A DNA stretch of 63,287 nucleotides, filler included, from Hyphochytrium catenoides (Eukaryota; Protista; Hyphochytriomycota): the NCBI GenBank assembly GCA_900088475.1. It is 9 parts of 9 records of this genome, joined end to end, with 100 filler letters (N's around TTAATTAATTAA, not from the genome) between each part and the next. Parts side by side here need not be neighbours in the genome. Positions count along the whole stretch, not along the records: positions 19,746 to 23,604 come from FLMG01004090.1; positions 23,705 to 45,511 come from FLMG01002791.1; 7 more parts are not named here. The stretch is one strand, 5' to 3'. The notes under the pieces were generated by a model, which had not been told where the DNA came from, did not search any database, and saw only the letters and a list, made by a program, of their open reading frames with translations. Positions 23,411 through 36,300 of the stretch are shown piece after piece. The translations under genes were made by a program, and so were the position numbers. Every line of letters starts with the position of its first letter. The first letter of the stretch is position 1.

Positions 23411-23704
23411 CTGATAGATAGAAAGGTAGTAGGACATGTCCTCCCATTAGTGCACGATGGGATAGGTTTGCCAAATAATAAGCAGCAGCAATTTTAGGCA
23501 AATGAGATATGGAAGGTCGTCCTTTATCTAAGGCCAGAAGGCTATAAGCATTTTACTAGATGTGATGAGACGAACAGTTGAGGTACACGCACCACGAGAT
23601 GACTNNNNNNNNNNNNNNNNNNNNNNNNNNNNNNNNNNNNNNNNNNNNTTAATTAATTAANNNNNNNNNNNNNNNNNNNNNNNNNNNNNNNNNNNNNNNN
23701 NNNN

Positions 23705-26531
23705 GAATGTCGTGGTAAAGAGACAGATCAACCACTGCGTCGCCACCAGCTCCAGCGGAAGCCCCGTAAGTGCGGCATGGTGGTCAATGGCAGGCAATCG
23801 ACTCCGAATGAGCTCCTTAAGGACGCGCATATCCGCTTGCGTGTCTATCATTGTAGGCGTATAGTAACCAGGGTTTATGTCTTCGCAGATGGTCGCTAAG
23901 AGCCAGAATGTGGTCTCCTCCTCCATGGAAACTAACAAGAAGCCTGCAATAAAGTTCATGCCTTGGCAGTAGCCCACTGTGGAATTATGCAGCGCGTAGG
24001 CCATTAAGATGCGAGCAAGCTTCTCTCGTCCGTCCAGAGTGTTTGTACGCGTCTTGGCGCTGCCAAACGTGCGGTTGATATCCAGCTCAATCTGTCTTTT
24101 GACCGTGTCATCCAACTCAGTTGCCGTTCTCTTTACAAGAGAGCGATAATAGTGCTCTGGCTTCTCGTTGATCTTACAATCGGCTCCTGAGAGCTTGAGG
24201 TACATCGTCTCCCGCAGGTGGCGAGGTATGCCTTGCCATACCAGGCGACGGAGAACCGAACGAGAAGAGCGTGACGAAGTTGTTGATGAGGAGGAGTGAG
24301 AGCCGCTCTTGTTATGGATGCTCTCAAAAGTTGGGCCTACGAGATGACACGACAGGAAACGCGGTCAGAGCTGTTTCGAAGGTGTGGACGGGCTAAGCGC
24401 CAAGGAGAGGATAAACAGTGACATTGCGCTAACGGGTCAAGAGAGCTATTTTCAAAGGACGAGGTGAACTGGGACTCCGAGCAAAAAAGGGGCTGAAAAC
24501 CAACGGAGACGAACGTCTGTGTGATGTCAGAGGAGATACCGCGCAGTTGTCTCTCCAAAAGACATCTAGTGAGCGAGAGAGGAAGAGGGAGAAGAAGGAG
24601 CACAGGAGATGCTATCTTATCACCTCAGCACTAGACAATTGACTCGCAAGAGAAAGCGTAAGAACAAGGGAACGAGGTACTAGAAAGTCAGAGCACAGAG
24701 AGAGAGCGATGCGTGCGATAAAAGGCATACACAGGGCCCTACCATTCTGTAAGTATCTGTCCCAGTTCTCAATTTGTCTCCTCTCTCTACATTGAAGGTA
24801 GGACTGAAGGTGAAGCCACTGCTGACGGGCTTCTCTCGGTATCTTGAACCCATAGAAGTCATACATAATCTCACACTCCTTCTCTCCTTCTCTCTCCTGT
24901 TGCCATTCCTCCGCAGTCTGACAATCGAGCGGAGGATGGAGAGGGTCTTCTATGTAAAACGTCCTAATACGTATTTCTCCTGTTGAGACTCCTGCTAGAG
25001 AGTACCAGCTATCATTCACAGGAGAGGAAGAGAAACAAAGAGAAGTTAGAGGGAGAGAGACACTTCCTAGTGCCTCATCCACAGTTATAAGCCCGTTTGA
25101 CCCTCGTCTTAGCGCCATCTCCCCGCCTCCTCCTCTCTCTCCCGACCCAGAGGGCTTTGGACTTGCAAAGCTCGACCTGCCCACCACACGGCCAGAGGAG
25201 GAAGATGAGACAGTTACGACGTCCGTCCCATTTGGAGACCAGAAGGAGGAGAAATCTTCAACTTCTCCTGAAGCTTCAAACATATCAAAAACGTAGTTGC
25301 TCTCGTTATACACTTCTACATGAAGAGCTTGCGGCCGCGAAGCGGCAGACGAGGCAGAAGAGAGATCAAGGCGAAAGCTGGAACCAAAGGCTGGATTGCA
25401 GTCTCCACAGAGCGTAGACGTTCTATAAGCTGCATCCCCCAGCTTTACCACGGCGTAGGGATCTGGGTAACGAGAGGAAGAGAACCAGTTGCTCTCCAAG
25501 TTCCTTGCCTGTATAACCTCTACGACCAGGTGCCCCGTCGGGGAGGAGAGAGAAAGTGAAGAAAGAGAAGCACGCGACCCTGCTCTCGATCCCGAGGAGC
25601 GTCCGGCCGTGGGCGAGCCCTCAAATAGCTTTCTCTTGAGTGGAGAGCGGTACCCTGCGGCTTGTCTGTTCCTTTCTCTGAGAAGCTGGGCGGCTCCTCC
25701 TTTGGCAGGGCCTGAGAGTGATGAAGAGGAACTGGTGGGTGCCTCTGACTCTACTCTCTCATAGCGAGTGACGTCTCGTTTGCTCCTGTACGCCGCTTTC
25801 GGTCCGTCACTGATCTCCATCACAATCTCAGTAAAGCTGGAGGTCCTCTCTTCTCTCTCTCCCCCGCTTGAGACCCTTGGCACAGTGCTGGGCCCTACGA
25901 CAGGCTTTCGAGGCGATATGGGCGGAGGCATACCGTTCAACGAGGAGAGAGGAAGCGAGAACCTTTCTCTCCGCCATGAGGAGCTTCCCCGAGCGTAGTC
26001 TTCTCCTTCCTCCCCTCGTCCTGCCGCGCCCGCCGTGTTTCTTCGTCTCTGCTTCGTCTTCTCTACACTTTTCAAGAATTGCAGAGCCTTAAGCGGGCTT
26101 TGGCCAGTAAGCGAGCCGGTAGAATAGTTCCTCTGCAAGCCGCCTCCGTTGCTGTCTTCTCTCTCTTTCTCTGCTCTCTCTATCTCCATCCTCTCTTCGC
26201 GTCTCTCTACTCGTCGTCTCAAGATATGGTTGTCGCTGGCTCGTCTGTGGAGCGAGCCCTCTCTCTCGGGGAAGGCACCACCATTATCACGTCTTCCTTG
26301 CACAGGGTAAGGCGGCGGCATCCGCAAACTGTCGTGATTTCTACTCATGAAAGCTGAAGAGAGGGAAGAGGAAGAAGCGCTACTTCCAGTCACCCTTGAG
26401 ATGCTTGGGTCTCGGTGTTCCAGAGGTAGATCGCTCTGGTTCGGGCTCTGGTCAGAAGGTAAAGGACAAAGAGCGACAGAAAAGGGAGAGGGGTTAAGGT
26501 AGGGGCGCCGAGAGAGAGAGAGAGAGGAGAA

Positions 26532-26601
<70 letters not shown>

Positions 26602-27078
26602 GAGGAGGGAGAAGGGTGTTACTTGCCAGAAACTGGGGCGGTATGTGGGATATTAAGAGGAGAGGAGAGAGGACCAGCAGGAGAGAGAAACAGCAGAAAG
26701 AGTAGCGAGAGCAATGAAAAAAGAGTTAACTCAGTCCCATGGCAGTGATGTCTCTGCTCTTACCGCGTGCTCGCTGTTATTCCTGGTTCCTAACTCAAAG
26801 CTTGCATACGTTAGCCGGTGGTGCGCATCCTCAGCTGCAGGATCCACGTCTTCTGGAGCCTCGGCTCTCGGTCTATACTCTTCTCCTTGCTTCTTTCTAT
26901 CGTCCGCTCCCCGTCTTCCCCTCAATCTCTCTCCTCTGAGTTCTCTCCTCTCCGTCCATCCATGGACACTCCCGCTTGCGTCCTCTCGTCCCGCCGCCCT
27001 GGTCGTCCTTACGTCAAAGGCCGGCACTTGGAGGTGCCGCAGCGCTTGCGGGTCAGCGGGATAATGTAGCGCATTCAT
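23705..27078 (-). CDS. C2-domain plus TBC (Rab-GAP) domain protein, 3'-truncated
   Basis: C2: LVVEVIQARNL..PDPYAVVKLG..RT..NP.F..LHVEVYN..LGSVSLPL..WYSL. TBC: DFYGF, LRRLVWQGIPRHLR, QIELDINRT (Arg finger), GYCQGMNFIA (Gln finger), QWLICLF. Probable exons 27078-~26765, ~26447-~24742 and ~24336-23705; start codon uncertain. Confidence 0.9.
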
Positions 27079-27784
27079 TCAGTCAGAGCAGAGACGGGAA
27101 GCATCGGATCTCTACGGAGAGAAACGGAGAAAGAGAAGAATGAAAGAGGAAGCTTTTGAAGACAGAGACAGAGTCTTCAGCTCTAAGGCAAAGCTCTTGG
27201 ATAGAAAGATCTCTCTGAACTGCGGGCAGAGTGAAGCATTCTTGAGCTCTGGAAGCAGGCGAGCAGCGGGCGCAGCAAAAGGATGGTACCTTTAGGTACA
27301 TCAGCTCTTCAACTGTTCTCTCCTCTCTTTCATCTCTCTCTCTCTTGGTCTCTCTCTCTCTTCGATTCGCTTTTCTCTCTGGTGGCAACAAGGGAAGCAA
27401 AGAAAGGAAGCTCTGGTTAGAACTAGGGAACCCGCACAACAGCTCTGGCCAAGAGGAGAGAGAGAGAGAGAGAGAGAGAGGCGAGCGTGTGAAGGCAGAG
27501 GTTGGTTTGTCCAGTCTTTCCTTTCGTTTTCTTGTCTCTCTCTTTCTCCCCCACAGCGCCGTGTTCTTCCCTTTTTGTTGTTGTCTCTCTCCCCTTGTTA
27601 CACATGCCAGCTTCTCTCGCAAGACAGAGGGCGATTGAAGAGGAATAACACAAGGGCAAAAGGAAGGAGGCAAACGGAAGAGAAGAACAAAGCTTCTCTC
27701 TCCTCAGGCACAAGTAAGGAGGAAACGAGAGACAACGAACGCAAAAGAAAGAGACAATGCAAGATAGACTACGGCAGGACATTG

Positions 27785-27944
27785 AAGAGACAGAGAGAGA
27801 GAACGAGAGAAATAGAGAGAGGGAGAGAAAAAGGGAGAGGAGAGAGAGAGAGAAAGAGAGAGTGAGAGATAAAGACAGAGTGAGAGAGACAGGAGAGACA
27901 GAGAGACAGAGACAGAGACAAAGAGAGAGGGAGAGGGAGAGGGA

Positions 27945-28005
<61 letters not shown>

Positions 28006-28030
28006 GGAGAGAGAGAGAAAGAGAGAGACG
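27785..28030. repeat. Compound (GA)n microsatellite, representative of dozens in the window
   Basis: Pure and compound GA/GAGACA/GAGAGG runs. Similar tracts at ~9950-10020, 17140-17323, 26510-26600, 28525-28715, 33960-34205, 38198-38325, 41905-42015 and 62980-63090. Confidence 0.95.
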
Positions 28031-28547
28031 AAAAGCTCAAAAAAACTGAAAGCGAGCGAGCAACAAGGCGGGGCAGAAGGTATGAAAGGAAGCAGAAGAG
28101 GGGGGTTAAGGATAAGGTTCTTATAGGAGGTAAGCCTAGAGTTCTGGTAGATAAGCGGAGTATCTCAGGGTAGGTCGAGCCGACTTGATAGAGAGACAGA
28201 ACAATACCCACAAACCCACGCACCTTATTCCCCTTGTATTTAGACCCCAAACTCACGCTGTCAGCTGTACATTATGGACGATATTGCTAATGCCACTATA
28301 AGAATATGTACTGCGCTATTCCGGAATCCAAAGGCTCTTGGTCATAAGAACCAATCCCAGGTTTCATTTAATCGAAAGCTTTATAAATTGCATGAGCCTC
28401 GTGCCAGTTTATTTATACAGAAATGAAACAAACAAAGCATAAAGAAATAATTTATTTGTTTCAAGAGGTTACGAATACCAGTTTTGGGTGCACTGCACAA
28501 CCACACTCAAGTTGGACCTCTTCTTCTCCTCTCTCTCTCTCTCTCCT

Positions 28548-28600
<53 letters not shown>

Positions 28601-29216
28601 GTCTCCCTCTCTCTCTCTCCATTTCTCTCTCTCTCTCTCTCCATCGCTCTCTCTGTTCCATCTCTGTCGGTATCTGTCTGTCTGTCTCTGTCTGTCTCTG
28701 TCTCTCTGTCTCTCGGCTCTCCACAGCTACTTCACTCTGTTTCTCTCATCGTGTCCACGCTAACCGATCCGTCAAGAGACCTAAGAGGAGTCAGTGTCAG
28801 CGCCTGATGGGTTAGGCATGTTCGTTGGCTTCTGCTCTGTTTCCCAGCCCATCCATCTCTTCTCCTCCTCTCTCCTTCCTCTCCCTCCTCCTCCTCTCTC
28901 CTCCAGGCAGCAGCAGCAAGGGATTGATTGATCACTCTTCACCTCCTGCGAGCATGCACTGATCGTTATCCATCTGATCGCTCTACCAGCGGCACCGACG
29001 CAACGTTCTCCATCTTCTGCATCTTATCAAGCCGCTCCAACGAGGGAAAGACCTGCCTGAGGACTCACAAGCCCGTCCGAAGAAAAGTGACACGGGGAAG
29101 AAAGGAGAGGAACGTGGATTAGAGCCTTTGCTAACCTTCAAAGGACAGGAGGAAGAAGAAAGGACTTGGTCGCGGTCGCTGCTATCTCTTCGCCTCTCTT
29201 TCTCTCTCTCTCCATT

Positions 29217-31474
29217 ATGCCGCCATCGAAGGGAAGCCCCGAGGAGCTACTGAACAAGCTCAGGAAGCTCCCGGAGAACAAGATCTGTCCGAACTGCGGC
29301 GAGGAGAGCAAGTTTGGCTTTGGAGATGTCTGCGTGAAGGAGAATGTCAACACTTTCATCTGTCACAACTGCAAGTCCTCTCATCAGGCCTATTCCCATA
29401 GATGCAAGGTGACATAGCGGGCATCAGCAACTGTCTCTATTCTCCCTCCTGGTCTTTCCCTCTTGGCTTTCTCTCAACAGCATTCTCTCTCTCTCTCTCC
29501 TTCTCTCTCTCGCTCTCTCTCTCGCTCGCTCGCTCTGAGTGTTTATGCTCTCTCCTCCTATGACGTGCCGGTGCTGGAAAATAGTTCTTTTCTTATGCGA
29601 TAGTCTCTCCCCGCTGGTCCTGCTCTTATCGCTCTCAGTTGAACTAGGACCTCTTCTGCTTAAGACTTGCTCTCTCTTAGAGTAGCTCCTCTTTAGCTCG
29701 CAGTCGATCTTCTTTGCCTTTCAAGCTTCTCCATCCGTCGAGCCGAGGTCAAACTGGCCCTTCAATAACTTTGTAATCTCTCACTCTCTCTTCTTCTTCG
29801 GTTCAGTGGCCTCTCCATCTGATCACCTCCGCTTCGCTCTCCCGCATCTACTGCCACTCTTGTCCCTGTCTTCGGGGCTATCGTCTCTTCTGTCACGTGC
29901 TCGTTGTGTCCCCTCATAGAGCGTTACCATGTCCAACTGGGCGATGGAGGAGGTAGAGAAGCTGATGGAAGAGAATGCCGGGGGAAACAAGCACTGCAGA
30001 GAGACCTGGCTAGCCAAAGCAGACAGTCAGACAGCCGTTCCTCGCCCAAAGCCCGGAGATAAGATCACTGTCTACAAAGAGTTTATTCAAGCGGCTTACG
30101 ATAGAAAGAGCTTTATGGCAGAAGGAGGCGTGGGGTCGTCTTCCTTTTCTTCCTCATCAATGAAGCAGAGCACTAGCAAGAAGGATCTATTAGTTGGCAC
30201 AGAACAGGACAGGGGCGCTGTTCCAGGCTCTCAGAGGCCGTCCAGGAGTCCATCAGGAAAGAAGGGAAGGGTGCAGAGGAGTCCCTCATCCAAGGCTGAG
30301 AGCTCGGGGACAGGTAACACAGGTTTGGACATCTCTAAGAAAGACAAACACAGGATGTTCTAATGCTCATCTTTCCCTCAGCGGATTTGTTAAGCTTCGA
30401 CGCCTTCGAGAGCAGCGCTTCAGCTTTTCCTCAACAGGCTGCCAGCCTGGACTTATTTGCCGCTCTCTCCCCATCATCGGTCCCTAGTTCACTCGCCGTT
30501 AGCCCCGCCTCTACCGCCTCTTCCTCAGCATTCGATGGTAGGTGACCAACGTTTCTCCCTCTACATGGATCAGTAGCTAACCATTTCTCCTGGCCCCACG
30601 TCTTGGAACATATGGGATTCTCTCCCTGTGCTATTCTTTCGCTCTGTCTTGCCCTCTCCGTCTCTCTCTCTCTCTGTCACTTTTTCCTCCCGATCTTTCT
30701 TGGTACGGCCTTTGACTGCCCTTAGCGTTCGGGCCCTTTAGCTCGGCTACGCCTACCAATGGCTTTCAGCAGCCGCTTCAGCAGCCTCTCGGAGCCTTCT
30801 CCTCTCCGCCTCCCCCTCAGCAAGTTGTTGCATTTCCTCCGCCTGCTCCTACGAGCTCCTTTGATCCTTTCGCTCCTTCCCAGCCGGCCTTAGCTCCGGC
30901 AGGACCGAGTGGACTAAGTGTTATGAACGGAGCGATGAATCGGGCTGCTTCCTTTTCTCCAGCCCCATTTGACGCGATGGCACCCTTCACGGTAAGTGAT
31001 GGCTCTAAAAGCGTGCACCGTAAGCCCTTTACTTGCTTTTTTAGTGATAAAGAGGTACCGTTGAGGGGACCTGACTCGTGGTGCCTGTTTCTGCTAGGCT
31101 CAGCCCATCGGAATCAGCGGTCAAGGTCAATCTGCCAGTTCTATCGGTACAAATGGAACTAGAGCTGTCATGCAGCCTTACCAGCACTTCTCGGGGATGA
31201 ATGGACACAATAACGGATTCACCATGGGAAATGGCTTCCACCAGCCTCAACAGGTAGGGAACTATCAAAGAAAACGCTTCCTCGGTTAGGTCCAATAGCT
31301 TTTGTTAGCCGCAGCCAATACTAACGTCCTCCTTGTTATACCGCTTTACTTTAGCCGATGATGCCTCCTCCACCGCAGCGAATGCAATTGTCCTCGATGG
31401 GAGCCTCCCAGCCAGTCACTTACAGCAATAGCAAATCCGGAGATCCGTTTGCGAGTCTAGGAGTCTTCAACTAG
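29217..31474 (+). CDS. ArfGAP-domain protein (AGFG/AGD14-like) with low-complexity DPF-containing tail
   Basis: Exon 1 reads MPPSK...LRKLPENKICPNC...TFICHNCKSSHQAYSHRCK and splices to SVTMSNWAMEEVEKL...GGNKHCRETWLA...EFIQAAYDRKSF. The tail has DLLSFD, FDPF and a terminal DPFASLGVFN*. Several GT-AG introns. Confidence 0.9.
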
Positions 31475-31983
31475 CATGCCGAGCAACAGCTCAGCCAGAG
31501 AGTCTCGAAAAGAAAGAGGTCTCCTTCTGACGCAAAGAAGTGGGCTTCGAGAGATAAAGAAAGGGATTATAGAGGGAGTTAGCAGGTAGTAGATATCCAA
31601 GCAGAGAGTCTCTGCAAGTAACAGATTAACTTATAACTCACGCAAAGGAAATAGCAGCCATCGCGCCAGTATTCTCATTAAGAGTAACGCGCTAGCGAGG
31701 GAGGACGATCAAAGAAGCTACCCCAGTCTCCCATATCTTAGCGTGGTGATAGTGGTCCCTTACTTTGTTGCAGAGGTCTTGGCACATTCTATCAAATTTT
31801 ATGTGCTTCGCCAAGAGTCAACTAGAGCCAAGTCAGAAACATGATGATACGACATTGCCAGGTAGACGGCACAAACAAAGCTATGGCTGAATAGAACTCA
31901 ATGTGGGCGAAAGAACTGGGAACCTCCTTCCTTGCAAAAAATCTCTCTGATCGCCGAGTACGGCTTGTCAATCCAACAGAGGG

Positions 31984-33382
31984 TCAGACACTGGGAGATA
32001 CAGTAAACCGATGGATCCCCAGAATGGAAGGTACCAAACAATTTTGATCCGCATCTTCTGCCGCGTAGAGTAGATTGTGAAGGGATGGGGTGGAAAGTAA
32101 GGAAAGATGCGAAGCGAGGACATGGGAGCAATCCGTCCAAAGAGGTGCAAAAGTTGCCAAAATGGTAGGGGTGGAGCGAAAGGCGTGGACGAGGATCTGC
32201 TTCAGTATGCTAGATATCAATAAATACAGAGAGATGGAACAACAGAGAGCACGGAAGGCAGCGTGCTTGCCAGTTACCCGCCTTGTCGACGGAGGTTGTG
32301 CTTGTGATGATTGCTTATTTGTTCACTGAACTCCTCCTCCTAAAGAAAAATTCGGTTAGAGAACGATACTCCCACCGCAAGAGACTCAAGGAATAGCTCC
32401 AGAGAGTGAGGGTCATGGCAGAAGATGAGGTTCCATCTGGCCGCTAAGGGAGAGGTCATGAAAGAGGTTGAAGGGGTTACAATGGGTGTGTTCATGCCAA
32501 AAAGAGGGCGAAAAAGGCACAGGAGGCGGGTGCAACACACCTGAACCCGGAGATAGAGCACAAGAATGACGAAGAGGATGCAGTAGAAGGGGCATGTCAG
32601 GTCTTGACGGTGAGCAGCTATCCATCTCAATCCTTCCCTAAATTGTTGAAGCGGAGATGGTACCGAAGATGCCGAGGAGGTAAAAGAGAGAGCCCAAGAT
32701 GAGGATGGGCCCAACACTGCATTTCCTGCTGCCCCATTTTCTCCTTTACTTCTAGAGTGACTGCTAGTCCTAAGAAGGGCCGTTGTACACGGTCAGACAC
32801 TGGTGGGACGGGAAGAGAACCAGGAGATTGGCGACGTGGAAATGAAAGATAGAAGGCCAGGAAGCACGCGGAAGGCTGCTCCGCTAGTCATGGAGAAGAA
32901 GAATAGACAGGCCTAACAGGCACTGAACAATCACGAAGAGGTTATGAAGGAAATGTGAGGCTCCACCTCCGGAAAGGCGTTTCTCCGTCTTCGTCTTCCA
33001 CCCGCAGATGGCTCAGCAACTCCCTGAGGCTTCGGTTAGGAATAAAGGCACCGGAACCACTTAGGTCTGCCCTGCCTAAACGCAGACAGAGCGTTAGAAA
33101 GAGACAACTGAATGATCCTTTCTTGAAGCGGCGCGGCGCAACGAAAGAAGAGAGGCATGAACATGGGGATAGAGAGAGATCAAGAGAAAGGTGGACAGAG
33201 AAAGATTGAGCGCAGTCCCTTCCAGAGAGATGTGTCACTTTGTACATACAGAAGGGGCAGCTCGGGGAACGGCTGAGGCAGGCTCTAAGGCAGGGCTCGC
33301 AGAAGGTGTTGCCGCAGCAGGAGGTCAGCACAGGGTCGCGGAAGTGATCAGAACAGATTGGGCAAGAGGAGAGATGATCCAT
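31984..33382 (-). CDS. RING-finger (RING-HC-like) protein with a C-terminal transmembrane helix
   Basis: CPICSDHFRDPVLTSCCGNTFCEPCL...CPFC splices to RADL...PNRSLREL. TM segment FYCILFVILVLYLRVQ is followed by exons EEEFSEQ... and EDADQNCL...SPSV*. The 3' exon model is tentative. Confidence 0.8.
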
Positions 33383-36300
33383 CCTCTTCTTTCTGCGTCA
33401 CTCTCCCTTACACTCTCCTTTCTCTACCATGCAGGTGTCTTCCCATGCAGTGGCGTGATCTCTCCTTACGATTGACCATGATCCTCTTCCTGGATTGAGC
33501 TTCTCCATCCGACGTCGGGGACAGTGAGTAGCATGCTGTTCTAACCGCAGATGTGAGCTCGATGGAGAGAGAGAAGGTAGGCGCAGACCGAGGAAAGACG
33601 CCCTTTGAAGAAGTCTAGGAGCGATGTGTCTTTCTACTAGGCTGCTGTCTTCTCTTCCATCTTTGTCCCTACTTCTTCTACTCTCTCTCTCTCTCCTCGG
33701 AAGATCGTCTCAGATCACCATCCTCCTCCCTCGCGCCTCTTGCTGCTCTGGCTCCGGCTGCTCTTTCAGCAAGAGTCAAGCTCTTATTCTATTGTTAGCA
33801 GAGCTGAGAGAAGATAGGAACTTGTTTGCCGTCAGACATACCAGAGTCCTCGGTACTGAGGAGGTGTGAGGCACGGAAAGTCGCGACTGAGATGTGAGAA
33901 GAGTGCTTGGAAGAGTGACAAGAGGCGGGAGTGAGAAGAGGAGGAACGAGAGAGGTGGGGAGTGGGGAGAGCGCAACAGAGAGAGAGGAAAGAGAGAGAG
34001 AGAAAGAGAGAGTGGGGAGAAAAAGAGAGAGAGAGAGACAGGGGGGGAGAGAGAGAGGCAGCGGGACGAGATAGAGTGGGGAGAGAAAGAGGGAGAGAGG
34101 ACAAAGACAGAAATAGAGAAAGAGAGAGAGAAAGAGAGAGAGAACAAGAGAGAGAGAGAGAGAGAGTGAGAGAGAAAAAGAGAGAGAGAGAGAGAGAGAG
34201 AGACAAGAGGAAACTTCCCACGATGGCAGAAAGCTACAGTAGTTCTACTTGTACCAACTTCTTGTCTTGCGGTGTTTCAACAAAGGCGCCCATTAATTAT
34301 CATAATAAAGAAGGAGCCATCCTAGGCGGGGAGGGGCAAGACCGGCGCGTTCATCCTCGCTCATCGATCCATCATCACTCCTCCTCAAGGAGACAAGAAG
34401 CAGCGTCCATACATAGAATCATACGGTGGGTCGTAGAAGGACAGATCCCTTCTTCGTACCATGGAATCGGGTCACCCATCGCCATCGGCTCAACAGCTAT
34501 GTTTGCATCGAAGCGGCGACTGGATTCATCAGCCAGGCAGCAGGGATATTAGTACCACGCTGCCTTTGGAGAGATGCCGGCCACTTCACACAGTCTCAGC
34601 GAAAGTTGTTGAACAGGCGCCTCTTGCCTGGAACTCTTCTTCTTGTCCTCCCATGACGCCGAGGTCGTAGTAGATTGGTATTCTGCTCTTTATTCTCCTG
34701 CTACCGCGTCGTCTTGTTCGGCTCTGCTGTTTGGCGTTGGCGGGTTGGCGGGAGGCATAGAAGGAATGCTCATCACCAGCTTTTCTTTTTCATTTCCCCT
34801 TGTTCTGTTCTTCTCCTTTCCCGTTCTCCTCTCTCCGCTGCTGCATCTTTGCTATCCACACTCTGAAGTTCTTGCTCTTCAGTCGTCTTCCTTGGCTTCC
34901 CTCACTGACGGGCGGCATCATGACCTGTCATCATAATCTGCTCTACCGCCGATGGTCGCGCTTCTTTCTACTGGTGATGGTGAACTCTCCCTCCACTATC
35001 TCTTGATATATAATCGCCGGCGCAGCCGTTGGTCAATCTACGACTATTAGGTTGATGCGGCCTTGGCGGTAGGCAGGTGGGCATCATCATCCAATAGGAA
35101 GTGAGGCTGCTTTGACGTGACTATGTGGCGCTGCTATCTTTCATAGTCGATGGACTAGTGACGAGTCTTTATCAATTATCATAAGCTATCATACATGTGC
35201 TATAGAGCGATGATATACACGACCGCCGCCATCCTGCAAGAGAAGTCTGTGCCGGGCATCTTTGAAAGTGTGAAGTGGGAAGCTCCCTTTCCTCTATCGG
35301 ACTGCTTCTTCTCCTTCCTCGTACCTTTCCCTTCTCAACCAAACATGACGTTTAGCCAAGATCTTAGCTTATTTTAAAAGGATCGCAAAATGAAGATTGA
35401 ACACGACGAGCCACCTCCACCTGCTTCAGCCTGAGCCCCAATCACATCATCGCCCTAATGAATGAGTGAACCCTTAGATACTCACGCGCGCAGCACGTGG
35501 CCTGAGATGAAGGTTAAGTATCCTTTCGTCTCAAGATGAAGCTGATCCGGGTGGTTCTTGAGGCCACTAGTAGATTCTTGTTGCTGCTCCCTTTGGTCAC
35601 TAAGCTTTGAAGCCTGCTTTTCAATGGCCTGATCCAGCGTTTCCTTAACCGTGGACTGCTGGTCTGAACGGAAGAGACGCTCTAACCTTTTCTGCACTAT
35701 GTCCTTTCGCTTCATGGCGCCGAAGTGTTTGAGAGGATTCCAAGAGGATTGCCCCGCGGCAATTTCTTTAAGAATTTGCTGACTTTGCTTTGGCTGGCGA
35801 GATCCGGTATACTTTTGACGGCAGGGTTTGGCGACGACGCTTCTTCTTCTACTTTTATCTGATCCGCTCCTAGAAAGAGCCCAAGCTCTTTCCCGGAAAG
35901 ACTCTCTCGAGCCGCCAAAGCAGTAAACAGCCATGGTAGATGTTTGTCAATCTGATTCCTGGAGAAGCTCATTCTGACACTAGTGAACTGTGCATCTATA
36001 AGAGCGTTCTGAAGCGCCGATTTAGCCCATCATTTGGGAGGAGGCGTAACTGTCCCGACGTCCGACATCGCAGAAACACAAGAGAGAGGATGGCCCGACG
36101 ACGATAATGGCGGCAGGAGGCACCGCCACCTGTACGACAAAAAGGTTATGGTCGCCATAGAAGATATCCATTTCAGATTTCCAGCAACTCTCGCAGACCG
36201 AAAGGGACCTGACTGAAGAAGGGAAGGCCAACAAGATAGCGCCGAAGCATGGCCACTTGTACTTTATCTGGACAAGTGGAGTGATCATGAATGAACCGCA

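Noticed and set aside
27423-28256. Long LSLSLS / RERERE ORFs (also 1581-1982, 9913-10389, 17017-17589, 28423-28815, 33776-34552, 62779-63126)
   Set aside because: Translations of (CT/GA)n microsatellites, which lack stop codons.
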